Shown one piece after another: positions 9,142 through 18,835 of a stretch of 39,669 nucleotides of DNA (its first letter is position 1; the number at the start of each line of letters is the position of its first letter). The translations under genes were made by a program, and so were the position numbers. The stretch is from a virus (Duplodnaviria > Caudoviricetes). The DNA lies in IMG/VR virus record IMGVR_UViG_3300037470_000328, positions 1-39,669 of that record. One strand, written 5' to 3'. Below the pieces are notes generated by a model. That model was not told the origin of the DNA and ran no database searches. It was given only the letters and a program-made list of their open reading frames with translations.

Positions 9142-9782
9142 GCGCCGAAATCTTCAATTAGGGTTATGTCGGTCGAATGGTGGCCGTAAGTCGTGAACAC
9201 CAGGTCGAGCACGTCGTCGTCAAAGTGCACCGGCACGTGAAATTCGAACGTTGCACGAATCACCGCGCCGGCGGTCGCGTTGAACGTGACAAGCCCGGTC
9301 GAGTAATCGCAAGACACCCCCGACAGCGCCACCGGCCCGCCGCCGGTATCTTCGGTCAGCGCCAGCGGTGTTGCGTCGTGATGATAGCCGCCCGCCTTGT
9401 TGTATTTGTTGGCGTCCGCCGGAAACTTGATGACCCGCTCGTAGCTCAGCGGGCCGAACGTGTACGGCTTTATCAGTTGCATGGATTCGCCGCCGCCGAC
9501 CGCCGTGCCCAGCTCTATGTCGACCGCTTGGTTGTCTTGTTTGTCGCGAAAACGAAAATTGAACACCGGGCCCATGCAGGCATCGAACGCCCCGGCCAAT
9601 TGCGCGCGCATAGAATCCGGCACGCGATCGTAGGGTACCTTAAACATCATTCGCGGTCGCGACCGTTCGGCGTTGCGCCGTTCGCGGCCGCTGTTCAACG
9701 GCACCCGCGTTGTCAGCCACACGCGCTGCGACCGATAGCCCCAGGCGCCAAAATCCAGCAGGAGGTCGTCGATATCTAACAC
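9138..9782 (-). CDS. Distal tail protein (DUF2460-like)
   Basis: SGRERRNA...R, G....FRFRD..D, QLIKPY, DYSTGLVTF and FEFHVPVHFDDD; directly after the tape measure gene. Confidence 0.85.
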   Translation of the reverse strand: MLDIDDLLLDFGAWGYRSQRVWLTTRVPLNSGRERRNAERSRPRMMFKVPYDRVPDSMRAQLAGAFDACMGPVFNFRFRDKQDNQAVDIELGTAVGGGESMQLIKPYTFGPLSYERVIKFPADANKYNKAGGYHHDATPLALTEDTGGGPVALSGVSCDYSTGLVTFNATAGAVIRATFEFHVPVHFDDDVLDLVFTTYGHHSTDITLIEDFGA

Positions 9783-9789
9783 AATGGCT

Positions 9790-11937
9790 TCACCCGTTGC
9801 GCCGCTGGCGGATTTGCAGCTCGCGCGCCAACTGGTAGCCCTGCTGCTCAGCGGTGCGCCGGTTGCTTTCGCGCGGCATGTTGATGTTGGTCACGTACGT
9901 TGTCGGGCCGCTGCTGCGCGTCAGCTCATGGTTTGGCATAACTCGCCCCGGCCGATCTGGCACAAAAAGCTCCGGCCCGCGCTCGCCGAGCACATACGGC
10001 GTGCCCGCCATGACCGGGCCGCCAACCGCTCGACCACCGAACAGCCCGGCCAGGCCCGACACCACCCCGGCCCAGCCACCACCGCCCCCGCCGGCACCGC
10101 CACCGGACCCGCCCAAGCCCTTAAAAATTGACCCGAGCCAGCCGGCGTCGCCTTCGCCTTCACCAAACAATTTTTTGAAAATGGAGGCGGCCGTTGCTTC
10201 CGCCGCCATGCGGCGAATGGTCTCAGAAAAGCCCTGCAGCATCCCTTTGATGCCGTCGTCGAACGGATCGAACAGGAAGTCGGCGAAATGCGTCTGCAAA
10301 TTACGCGCGGCCTGTTTGCCAAATTCGTCTAGCTCGCCGACCTTTTTTATGCTCTCGTCGTACTTGCCGGACAGCCGGGTCAGCACGTCGGCATAGGCTT
10401 CGGCGTTCGGAATAACGCCCTGGCTGTACAGCTCCGCAACCCGTTGCATACTCTCGACATGCTGCTCTAGCGGCGTGCGCGTCGATGCCACCAGGCCGGC
10501 GTACTCGCGCTCCAGGTCCAGCCGATCCTCCGCCGCCTGTTTGCGCGCCGCTTCCTCATCATCCAGCAGCCGCAACTCGGCGACCAGGTGTTGCGCTTGC
10601 GCCAGCTCGGCTTCACTGGCCCCCAGGTCAACCAACTTCAACAGCGCGCGGTCGTGCTCGTCGGCGCCAAACGCGCGCACCTGATCCATAAGCCCAGCCA
10701 GGCTGGCTTTGATCGTGTCTAGCCGCTTTTCTTCCTCCGGTGAAATCAAGGTCGGCCCGGCGCCGGTCTCCGCGCCGGCCGCGGCTCCTTCGGCCGCCGC
10801 CTTGGCCAATTCCGCGCGCACCTTCGCCAATCGTTGCTCGAGCGCGGCCGACGGCAGCGGCGCCAGCAGGATCTCGTCAATTTCCGCGCGCGCTTCGGCG
10901 ATAATGCCGGCGCTGATGTTGAGGTCGTCGCGCAAGCCGGGCGCCAGCTCGCCAAACCGAAAATCTATGTCGATACCGGGGAAGGCGTCGACCTTTTCCA
11001 GCAAACCATCCAGGGCGCGGTTCGGCCCGTTGATAATAGCGTCGGCGACGCCCCACACTGTACCCTTGAGCGATTCAAAGCCGATAATGCCGGCGTTCGC
11101 GGCCAACTTGAACGCGCGGCCAACTGAATCCGTTACATCCAGCACGAAGCCGAGCGCGGAAACCACGCCGTCGGCAATGTCGACGCTCTCATCCTTAAAG
11201 CCGCCGGATTCCTTAGCCGCGTCGGTAAAGCCCTCGGCAATGGCCGCAATTGCCGGCGCCAACGCCACCGTCAATTGCTGCGCAAGCCCCTGGCCGACGC
11301 GCGACGCCGTCAACATGGAGTCGTTCATGCGCTCGACGCCGGCCGCTTCGCTGCGCGAAATCAGAAAACCCAACGATTCGAGCTCGGCCGTTACCCCGGC
11401 CAAGCCCTTGGCCGCCAATTCGTCGGTGACCTTGAGCATTTTCGCCGCATCGCGGCCAAACAAATCCGCGGCGATAGACGACCGGATGGTTTGGTTTTCC
11501 ATCTTCGCCAGCGCGCCGGAGACCGCCAACAGCTGCTCATCCAGCGGGAGCGCAATCACGTCCTCAATCGACAGGCCGGCGTCGGTCAGCGCCTCCGCCA
11601 TCGTGCCGCCGCGGCGCGCAATTTCGCCGAGATTCTTTTGCAGCTTGCCCAGCTTTTTATCGAAGTCGCTGGCCGCGATGCCGGACAGCTCCGACACATG
11701 GCGCAACGCCTGTAGGCTTTCGGTCGAAATGCGGTAGGCGTCGGCGGTTTTTGCCAACGCGTCGATTTGCTCCGCGTTGGACCGGACAATCAACGCGCCG
11801 GCGGCAACCACCGCCGAGCCGTAGAGCGCGACCTTTTTGCCCAGGTCGCCGAGCTGTTTTTGCGCGCTGGCAAACGCCCGGGCCGACTGGTTGTCGCCCT
11901 TCAGAACAAATCGACTGGTTACCGTCCTATTCGCCAC
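9790..11937 (-). CDS. Tail tape measure protein
   Basis: 715 aa Ala/Leu/Glu-rich helical ORF; C-terminal GRAVGGPV..G..YVLGERGPELFVP motif. Confidence 0.9.
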   Translation of the reverse strand: MANRTVTSRFVLKGDNQSARAFASAQKQLGDLGKKVALYGSAVVAAGALIVRSNAEQIDALAKTADAYRISTESLQALRHVSELSGIAASDFDKKLGKLQKNLGEIARRGGTMAEALTDAGLSIEDVIALPLDEQLLAVSGALAKMENQTIRSSIAADLFGRDAAKMLKVTDELAAKGLAGVTAELESLGFLISRSEAAGVERMNDSMLTASRVGQGLAQQLTVALAPAIAAIAEGFTDAAKESGGFKDESVDIADGVVSALGFVLDVTDSVGRAFKLAANAGIIGFESLKGTVWGVADAIINGPNRALDGLLEKVDAFPGIDIDFRFGELAPGLRDDLNISAGIIAEARAEIDEILLAPLPSAALEQRLAKVRAELAKAAAEGAAAGAETGAGPTLISPEEEKRLDTIKASLAGLMDQVRAFGADEHDRALLKLVDLGASEAELAQAQHLVAELRLLDDEEAARKQAAEDRLDLEREYAGLVASTRTPLEQHVESMQRVAELYSQGVIPNAEAYADVLTRLSGKYDESIKKVGELDEFGKQAARNLQTHFADFLFDPFDDGIKGMLQGFSETIRRMAAEATAASIFKKLFGEGEGDAGWLGSIFKGLGGSGGGAGGGGGGWAGVVSGLAGLFGGRAVGGPVMAGTPYVLGERGPELFVPDRPGRVMPNHELTRSSGPTTYVTNINMPRESNRRTAEQQGYQLARELQIRQRRNG

Positions 11938-12235
11938 CGCCGTTAAGCTCCGCGCTGATTAGTGCCATGCCCTCGAAAAACGCGTGCGGCTGGTTGCGCA
12001 TTCCGCCCGCGTTCGGCAGATGCCCGGCTTTATAATGCGCGTAGAGCTTGAGAAAACCCCACGACGATTCAGAGACCAGCCGCACCGGGCAAATTGTGGT
12101 CTCCAGGTCGCCCCCGTCCAAACCGCGCACCACCCACGGATCTATACCCCGCCCGCCCTCGCAATGGCAGGCGCCGGCGAGACAGGGGAAGCCGTCGGCG
12201 TCTCGACTGACGGCGACGGCGAGCTGGAGTTTTTT
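11927..12235 (-). CDS. Tail assembly chaperone, frameshift extension (gpT-like)
   Basis: The -1 frame is open from the AAAAAAC heptamer to the stop at 11927 (KLQLAVAVSRDADGFPC...GHLPNAGGMRNQP...). Confidence 0.7.
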   Translation of the reverse strand, partial: KKLQLAVAVSRDADGFPCLAGACHCEGGRGIDPWVVRGLDGGDLETTICPVRLVSESSWGFLKLYAHYKAGHLPNAGGMRNQPHAFFEGMALISAELNGGGE

Positions 12236-12585
12236 CTTTCTTCACTCCCCAGCGCCGTCAACTCCAACACGCGCGCGCCAACTTCCAAAATTGTTGGCCA
12301 TGGGATTTTGCCCATATTGCTACGCGAAAATAACAGCGGCGTGCCGGGCGCGTCGCCGTCCTCGATATTTTGCCACTTGCGCACACCCAGTCTGAATGCT
12401 TCGGCGATTCCCTCCGGGCCCACCGTATGTTCGCCGTTGGCCTGCAGCTGCAAATGCTCGCCAACAATCGCCACCATTTGCAGCTGGCTCAGCGGCGCCA
12501 GCCAATAGCGCGCCGGCTCGGGCTCGTTTTCCTGATTTGCTGGCGTGTACCACTCCGGGTCGACGCCCCTTACACCTTTTTCCAT
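12142..12585 (-). CDS. Tail assembly chaperone (gpG-like)
   Basis: Between tail tube and tape measure genes; GGGAG RBS; contains ..EERKNS.. at the slippery site. Confidence 0.75.
   Translation of the reverse strand: MEKGVRGVDPEWYTPANQENEPEPARYWLAPLSQLQMVAIVGEHLQLQANGEHTVGPEGIAEAFRLGVRKWQNIEDGDAPGTPLLFSRSNMGKIPWPTILEVGARVLELTALGSEERKNSSSPSPSVETPTASPVSPAPAIARAGGV
12229..12235 (-). other. Programmed -1 frameshift slippery heptamer A AAA AAC
   Basis: Correctly phased X XXY YYZ (AGA AAA AAC) joining the two chaperone frames. Confidence 0.75.
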
Positions 12586-12605
12586 GCTGTACTCCCTACA
12601 GGCTG

Positions 12606-12633
12606 AAAAAAACGGCCGGCCCGAAGGCCGGCC
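12606..12633 (-). terminator. Intrinsic terminator after the major tail gene
   Basis: GGCCGGCC-TTCG-GGCCGGCC followed by G and a run of 7 T. Confidence 0.85.
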
Positions 12634-12667
12634 CCCACCCACCATAACGCGCCCCGGTTGTTATTGG

Positions 12668-13600
12668 CTAGGTAAATGCGATCGCGAACTGGTCGTCCCC
12701 TGATGTTTCGGCGAGACCAAACGGGATCTCGTAAATTTGCACGCCCTCGCGTACCCCGGGCGCCATGTCCCGCCAGTATGCCGCCGGAGCCGTCACCGCG
12801 AAGCGGTTGCCGGCCGTAGCTCCGAACACCCCGGTGTCAAGCGCAACAGTCGTGCCGCCGGTCAGCTGGCCGATAAAGTCCAACGTCGCCACCAGCGGTT
12901 GCTCCGGGTTGATGCTGCCGGCCGGGTCCTTGTCCGTAATCAGCACCTCGGAAAAACCGTCCGCCGCGTTGATGTTCGGCGGAACTTCGATGACGTTGCC
13001 CGGGCTGAAATTGAAGGCTTGAATGGCCGGCGTAAATGCGCCGATTTGCAGCGATCCGCCAATCAGAATCGGCGGTTTTGTCGCGTCATAGGTCGGCGTC
13101 GGCAGCGCAACGTCGGTCGGGCCGGCGTAATGACCGATGAATTGAAAATTCGCCATCAACCGGCCGCGCGCCTCGCCGACAAAATCCACCGACCCGCGGG
13201 CGCCTAGCAACTTGGTCAGCGTGCCATCTTCCCACAGGTAAATGGTCAAGGACTCCTGGTTGTCGGAAATGGGCGCATAGGTCACCGACGTTGCGGCGAC
13301 GATGGTTTCGTCCATGGCGCACCCGCGCAACAACACGCCGATTTCCGGCGGCGTGCCGGCGGCGCCGCTACCCTTTACTTCGCAGGTGAACGTGTACGCC
13401 TTGAGCGCGCCGCCGTAAATCTGCTGCAAGCGTCCCAGCGTATCCCGAATGGCCGGCCGTTCAACCATGGTCAAGCGGTCGAAACCCTGCTGCACGTCCT
13501 CAATCAGGATCGCGTCGGCGCCGGTCGGCGTTGCATCAACGCCGTAGGTACCTTCCACCGCGGCCGCAATAATGCGCCGCCGCGCCAATTTAACCGGCAT
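12668..13600 (-). CDS. Major tail tube protein
   Basis: E.TYG.DATP...DAIL, GSGAAGTPP..G.LL.GC, VTYAP.S, S.TIY, GARGSV motifs; position in the tail module. Confidence 0.85.
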   Translation of the reverse strand: MPVKLARRRIIAAAVEGTYGVDATPTGADAILIEDVQQGFDRLTMVERPAIRDTLGRLQQIYGGALKAYTFTCEVKGSGAAGTPPEIGVLLRGCAMDETIVAATSVTYAPISDNQESLTIYLWEDGTLTKLLGARGSVDFVGEARGRLMANFQFIGHYAGPTDVALPTPTYDATKPPILIGGSLQIGAFTPAIQAFNFSPGNVIEVPPNINAADGFSEVLITDKDPAGSINPEQPLVATLDFIGQLTGGTTVALDTGVFGATAGNRFAVTAPAAYWRDMAPGVREGVQIYEIPFGLAETSGDDQFAIAFT

Positions 13601-13730
13601 GGTCCTTCTCCTTGGCTTTGCCGCCGTCCTTTGGTTTCGGCAACGTTACGCTGCCGCCCTGGCGCCGCTTGTATGTGCGCTCCTGCTGCCCCTCGCGAGG
13701 CTGGTCTTTGCGTTTTGGCTGGTCGGTCAC
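13590..13730 (-). CDS. Small basic hypothetical protein (46 aa, not in the ORF track)
   Basis: GTG start overlaps the upstream stop (GTGA); MTDQPKRK...RRQGGSVTLP...; fills the gap before the tube gene. Confidence 0.5.
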   Translation of the reverse strand: MTDQPKRKDQPREGQQERTYKRRQGGSVTLPKPKDGGKAKEKDHAG

Positions 13731-14176
13731 GGTGCTTCTCCTGCATCATCGTATCGGTGCCGGTAATGAATACCCCACCGCACCACCATTGATCCGGTAA
13801 TGCGGTCGGCGTCGCCGCTTAAATCGGGCTCGTCAGCGCCGCCCGGTATCACGTCGACCACGTACGCCAGGCCGAGCGGGTCCGCGGTCATTAAAAGCGC
13901 GTGCACGCGCCGGCGTAAATCATTGAGCGCGGCCTCGACAGCCGCCTCGCTCGCGCCATCGTCGGCCACCGCTGTTCGCACTTCAAGCAGCGAAGTCAAA
14001 AACGGCCAGGCGCTTTCCTCTTGCGGCTCGTCGGGCCCCTGAAACACCGCCACCACCGGCAGCCGCGCCGCCGGCAACCGATCCACCCGGCCGCGCAACA
14101 CCTGAACACCGGATAAGCCGGCGGCCAGATTGGTTACCACCGTTTGCATAATGGTCTCGGCCAGCAGCGTTGGCAC
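13727..14176 (-). CDS. Tail terminator-like protein
   Basis: V.RGRV.......LP.V.VFQG.DE and V...L.AD.LGL motifs; position and size fit. Confidence 0.65.
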   Translation of the reverse strand: MPTLLAETIMQTVVTNLAAGLSGVQVLRGRVDRLPAARLPVVAVFQGPDEPQEESAWPFLTSLLEVRTAVADDGASEAAVEAALNDLRRRVHALLMTADPLGLAYVVDVIPGGADEPDLSGDADRITGSMVVRWGIHYRHRYDDAGEAP

Positions 14177-14499
14177 TACGGAACCACCCGGCAAAAAGCC
14201 CGCCACAGGGCGCCGTCCGGCTTGGCGGTTTCCGTTACCACGTAAACCACCCCGGCCCGCGTGAAACCGTCGCCTTCCGCCAGGTTCGGCGCGTCGGCCG
14301 CGTGCACGTAAAACACCGGGCCGACGCCGTCAAATTCGATATCCGCAGCCACCACCGGTGAATGCGGCGAACGAAACAGCGCGTCGGGTACCGGTGTTGC
14401 TGCGCCGCCCGCCGGCGTATAGATGATCGCGGCGTCCTCCGCTTCAAGCACGCTGTGAAAATCCGCCATACAGGCGCGCAAGTCGGCGTTGCGGCTCAT
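14176..14499 (-). CDS. Head-tail joining protein (gpFII-like)
   Basis: ~107 aa; YTPAGG, L.EGD......YVV....PDG pattern; position. Confidence 0.65.
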   Translation of the reverse strand: MSRNADLRACMADFHSVLEAEDAAIIYTPAGGAATPVPDALFRSPHSPVVAADIEFDGVGPVFYVHAADAPNLAEGDGFTRAGVVYVVTETAKPDGALWRAFCRVVP

Positions 14500-14510
14500 G
14501 ACCCGGGCGC

Positions 14511-14888
14511 CTAGCGGCCCTCGATCGTGTACGCCACCAGCGCCGGGCCGGTCGCAATTGTGCCCACCACCCGAATAAACGGCCCCACCGCGTTGGAAGC
14601 CACGTGCCGCACCTGGCGCAGCGGGTCGTTGGAGGTCGTGACCGCGGTAAATGCGCCGTCCACCGGCACCACCGCTTCGGCGCCGTCGCCTTGGTCGTCG
14701 TTTGCGTGTTCAATCGTCGGCGTGATGGAGCCGGCCGTCACCGCGCCAACGTCGACAATGATGCGAATATCCCCACGCACGGCCCGAACGTCGATCCAGT
14801 CCGACGTGGCGGCCGCCGTGTCGGCCGCCTCTTGCGGCGCCAGGCCGCCGAGCAGATCCATTGCTTGCGGCTGAATTGCCAGGTTCAC
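14511..14888 (-). CDS. Putative capsid decoration/cement protein
   Basis: 125 aa beta-rich ORF two genes after the capsid gene; TSDWID, FIRVVGT. Confidence 0.5.
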   Translation of the reverse strand: MNLAIQPQAMDLLGGLAPQEAADTAAATSDWIDVRAVRGDIRIIVDVGAVTAGSITPTIEHANDDQGDGAEAVVPVDGAFTAVTTSNDPLRQVRHVASNAVGPFIRVVGTIATGPALVAYTIEGR

Positions 14889-15187
14889 TTTGCGCCCTCC
14901 TTGCCGGCGCCCTTGGCGGCGGACTTGTCAGCCGGCGGGGTTGCGTCGGCCGGCGCGGGTATTTCGCTGTTTTTGGTCAGCTTGGTATCCGCCTGCACGA
15001 ACACGACCTTGTTCGCCGATTTCAGTTCGAACGCTTGCGGCGCCGGCAGGTCAAGCACGCTGCCAGGGCCGACTGGTTCGCCCTTTTGGTAAAACGCACG
15101 CACCACGCGTACGCGTTGGGTTTTTTGTGTTGCCATGTTCACTACCTCGTTCAATAGTGCCTGAGAATTGTCAACAGTGAGCGGCAC
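14885..15187 (-). CDS. Small hypothetical head-associated protein
   Basis: Follows the capsid gene; VRVVRAFYQKGE...G.V.DLP; alternative ATG at 15136. Confidence 0.55.
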   Translation of the reverse strand: MPLTVDNSQALLNEVVNMATQKTQRVRVVRAFYQKGEPVGPGSVLDLPAPQAFELKSANKVVFVQADTKLTKNSEIPAPADATPPADKSAAKGAGKEGAK

Positions 15188-15234
15188 GCGTCAGACTCCG
15201 CCCACCGTTGACTCGTTACCCGCCGCGCCCAGCG

Positions 15235-17181
15235 TCAGGTGATCGTGTCCGCCTTGGAAAAGGCCGCCGGGTAGCGAATGCCGACGTCGACCGAATACAT
15301 GGCGCGAACGCCAATGATTCCGGCCGGGAAGTTCGCGAACGGGTTGGTCTCAACTTCGAGCACGCCCCATTCGGCCACCACCGCCTTGGCCCAATCGCCG
15401 AAGTACATGGTAGCGGCGGCCACCTGATTTGTGGACATGGCCGCGAAGCCCTGCATCATGCCCTCCCAGATGTTGCCCTCCCACAGCGGCGAGGCGGTGT
15501 TTGTGTATTTCACGCGCTGAATCATGAGCGCGGCAACCGCCGGCGTTGTGACATAGCCCCCGCGGGCCGGCATGACATTCGCCGCGGCCACGTCGGTCTG
15601 GAATTCGAGGATCCCAGCGAAGCCGAGCGAAGTGCCAGTGACGGCGCCAACGCCGGTCGTATTGTCGAGCCCCTCCGGCTGCCCGCTGGCGCCCGAGCCG
15701 TTGAGCACGGCGGCATCCACCGCCAGCGCGCACACCGCGGCCAGGTCGGCGTTGACCAGCCCTTCGGCATCCTGGGTCGACTGCAACAGCAGCTGGCGCG
15801 ACAGCTCGGTATAGGCCGAAACCGTTTTCGGCGACAGCAAAAGCTGGGTGAACGTTTGCTGGCTTTCGGTCGCCGTGTCGGTTTCCGACGTCAGCCATTC
15901 AGCCGTTGCCGCCGCGCTCTGCCGCGGAATGGCGACGTTGTCACGCAAACCGGACAGCCGCGTGACGCCCATGCGGAACGCGAACGAAATATTCCGCAAC
16001 AGCTCGTCGAAGCCCATGTTGCTGGTCTGCGTCAGGTAGCCACCGGCGCCCGGCGTTGCCACGTTGAGGTCGCGCTGCAAATAGCCGAGACCGTGCCGCG
16101 CGGCCAACTGACCGACGTCAACCGGGGTCGCCCGGCGCTGCACATCCAGCGGCACGAAAAACGCGCCGGTCTCGGGAATTTTGTTGATGCGCTTGGCGAT
16201 TTCCTCGTGGCACTCCAGCTCGAAGCCGGCGTCCTTCCAGTTGCGCGAATGCGCAGCCAGAATCGCCCGGCAAATGCTGTACTGCCGGGTTTCGCGGTCG
16301 GTCAGGCCGAGATGCGTTCGCGCTTGCGCGGTTTTCCCGCGCTCCTTGTGAATCGACAGGATGTTCTCGGCGACCGCGTCCAGCGAATAGCCGCGCGAAA
16401 TCCACTCCTGCACCGTATCGTCGCCGATACTATTGGATTCCGCCAGGTTGCGGATTGCCTGCTGCCGGTTGCGCTCGATCGTAACCGCGCGCTCCTTGTC
16501 GACGGCCTGGCGGCCGGCCTCCACGCGCTGCACGGTACCTTGCGCCGGCGCGCCTTCGTTACGTTCGGCGGTGCTCTCGCCCGCCTGGACCTCGGTGTTT
16601 TCACCGTCCATGCTTGTCTCCCTGGCGTTCGCCGCCGTTGCTGGTTTGCTACTGCGCCCAATGCCGACCGACTGATCGGCACCTACTCCCACCACCGACG
16701 CTTCAATGGGCGCCCATCTTGTCACGTCGTAATATTCCACCTCGCCGTCGGCATTGCGCACCGGCTGAACTTTCAGCAGCCGCGCCTTGATGCTCATATC
16801 GGTAAGGGTTTCTTCGTCGACCATGCCGCGCACTTGCGCCGCGCGCGGGTTGGCCTCGGAAAATTTCAGATCGCCCAATAGGCGCTTGCCGGCCAGGTGC
16901 ACGTTTTTGATACGGCCCAACATGCGGTCGAGGTCGTAACCCTCGTGATTCTCGAACATGGGCAAACCGCGCTCACCCAGGCCGGACAAGTCGACCGCCT
17001 CTTTGGTATGGCGCAACACGTACGGCGCCTGCCACGGCACGTCCTGAATCTGCCGCTCACTCGACAGCGACGCACGGTACACGGTTTTTTGGCCGTCGTC
17101 GCCGGCCACCCGTTCGATATGGAACGTGCGCGTAATTTCGGTCGGCGGCTGGCCGCCGCGCGGGTCGTTTTGGTCGTTCAT
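15235..17181 (-). CDS. Prohead protease-major capsid fusion protein (HK97 fold)
   Basis: N-terminus LRH...VDL, P.FENH, W.PIEASVV.V.AD.SVGIGRS; C-terminus GGYL, LSPK.V.A.T.LSRQLLLQS, G.G...QP.G, FGDW. Confidence 0.9.
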   Translation of the reverse strand: MNDQNDPRGGQPPTEITRTFHIERVAGDDGQKTVYRASLSSERQIQDVPWQAPYVLRHTKEAVDLSGLGERGLPMFENHEGYDLDRMLGRIKNVHLAGKRLLGDLKFSEANPRAAQVRGMVDEETLTDMSIKARLLKVQPVRNADGEVEYYDVTRWAPIEASVVGVGADQSVGIGRSSKPATAANARETSMDGENTEVQAGESTAERNEGAPAQGTVQRVEAGRQAVDKERAVTIERNRQQAIRNLAESNSIGDDTVQEWISRGYSLDAVAENILSIHKERGKTAQARTHLGLTDRETRQYSICRAILAAHSRNWKDAGFELECHEEIAKRINKIPETGAFFVPLDVQRRATPVDVGQLAARHGLGYLQRDLNVATPGAGGYLTQTSNMGFDELLRNISFAFRMGVTRLSGLRDNVAIPRQSAAATAEWLTSETDTATESQQTFTQLLLSPKTVSAYTELSRQLLLQSTQDAEGLVNADLAAVCALAVDAAVLNGSGASGQPEGLDNTTGVGAVTGTSLGFAGILEFQTDVAAANVMPARGGYVTTPAVAALMIQRVKYTNTASPLWEGNIWEGMMQGFAAMSTNQVAAATMYFGDWAKAVVAEWGVLEVETNPFANFPAGIIGVRAMYSVDVGIRYPAAFSKADTIT

Positions 17182-18821
17182 TTCGCCACCCTCATGTAGC
17201 GCGCCGGCGTCGTTACTTCGGCGTCGTTGCTTTCCTTGCCCTCGTCGTCATCCTCGCCGGCGGCGCCGTCGTCTGGATCCGGCGCCGGCGGCGCCGCCGG
17301 TTCGGCCGGCTCGGCGCCCGGGTCGGTATCGAATGCCAGGTTGAGCTCGGCGGCCGCGTCCAGCTCGGCGCGGCGCTCCTCCATGACGTCCTCGAAATCC
17401 ATGCCGTCGCCGGTTTGGGCAATGATACGCGATTTTGTGGTGTAGCCGGCGCGCTCCGCCTCTTTATAGGCGGCGACCTCTTTTGTCGGGTCGACCCAGG
17501 ACCAGCCGCGCGGCTTGAACTTAGCCGCCACGTATTTTTCCGGGTCGGCCGCGTAGGCATCCAACGCGACGCCAGGAACGGCCCGCGCCAACATGGCCTG
17601 ATTCAACCAGGCGCGGTGCACGCGCTGGCGGAATTTGCGAATAAACCACCCCTGCAGAACCCGCCAGGAATCGCGGTCGTCGATCAGCGCAAGCCGGCTC
17701 GAGCTGTAGTTGCTTTGCGAGTAATCCCGCGACAGGCTTTCGTAACTCACGCCGCAACCGGCGGCCATTTCCCGCAGCATGTAGCGCATAAACGGGTCCA
17801 GCGCCGTGTTCGGCCGATTGGGCGCGTGAAAATTCAGCTTTTCCCCGGTCGCCAAGCGAAACACCGCGCCGGGCGCGACTTCGATTTCCCGGTATCCGTC
17901 CTCGGTTTCTTCCCCCAGCGTTGCCAATGGGTCGGTCTCGACCGACGCCATATAGTTGGCGGCCCCCCGCGCGGCAACAATTTCCGCCTCGCTGTAGCCG
18001 TCCATATCGTTGACCTTTTTGGCGACCGCGTGCAGCAAGGGTACCGCGCGCGTTTGCGGCCACCGCTCAATCAGGCGCATGTGGATCATTTCAGCCGCCG
18101 GCACGCGCTCCAATTCTTCCGCGGATTGCCGGCTGTTGAAATTCCACTCGGAAGGATGCCGGGCCCGCACCCAATACCACAACGGCCGATAAAAGCGGTC
18201 GACCTCGATGCCCATGCGCAGCTCGGCGCCAGGCGCCACTTGCGGCTGTACCGTATGCGGCACGCGCTCCGATTCGATCAGCTCCAACGCGTACGGAATC
18301 GCGCCCCCGCCAAAATAATCGAAGTGCTCCCGAATGAACACCTCGCCGGCCTCGAACACTTCAGACATAACCGCGCGCTCAAAGTCGGCCTCGTCCAGCT
18401 CCCCGCCGGTATGAAAAAACCGCGCCTGACTGTGCAGGCGCCAGGCGTCCTCGATTGCCCGGTTGACATGCGTCAAAAAACCGCCGCGCGTGCTTTTGAC
18501 TTGCGCCTGCAAGCCGATCCCCTGGCCGACGACGTTATTGACCACGATCAGCTTGGCCCGTTTAGCGTAGGCAGAATCACGCCCGAGCGCGCGACAGCGC
18601 GCCCGCAAAGCGGTCAAGGAGGAGCGGATTTCGGCGTCGGCGCTGGTCGTCGCCGCGTGCCAATCGGCGGTCAGGCGCGACGCTTTGGCGGCGCCGTACA
18701 TGCGATTGACCAGCGCCGGCGGCGCGCTACGTGGGGTTGCGGGCTCCAAGGTCGGCGGCGGCATTGCGGCCGGCGCCGCCGGCGTCGCCTCCGCTACCCC
18801 CTGCCCTATTGCCCACCTCAT
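17178..18821 (-). CDS. Portal protein, lambda family
   Basis: Y.AA...RL..W, LR.R.R.L, GEVF, GIEVD, Q.R.VP, GVSYE.LS.DYSQSNYSS.R, GW.WVDP.KE motifs. Confidence 0.95.
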   Translation of the reverse strand: MRWAIGQGVAEATPAAPAAMPPPTLEPATPRSAPPALVNRMYGAAKASRLTADWHAATTSADAEIRSSLTALRARCRALGRDSAYAKRAKLIVVNNVVGQGIGLQAQVKSTRGGFLTHVNRAIEDAWRLHSQARFFHTGGELDEADFERAVMSEVFEAGEVFIREHFDYFGGGAIPYALELIESERVPHTVQPQVAPGAELRMGIEVDRFYRPLWYWVRARHPSEWNFNSRQSAEELERVPAAEMIHMRLIERWPQTRAVPLLHAVAKKVNDMDGYSEAEIVAARGAANYMASVETDPLATLGEETEDGYREIEVAPGAVFRLATGEKLNFHAPNRPNTALDPFMRYMLREMAAGCGVSYESLSRDYSQSNYSSSRLALIDDRDSWRVLQGWFIRKFRQRVHRAWLNQAMLARAVPGVALDAYAADPEKYVAAKFKPRGWSWVDPTKEVAAYKEAERAGYTTKSRIIAQTGDGMDFEDVMEERRAELDAAAELNLAFDTDPGAEPAEPAAPPAPDPDDGAAGEDDDEGKESNDAEVTTPARYMRVAK

Positions 18822-18835
18822 AGCGCCCCCACCTG

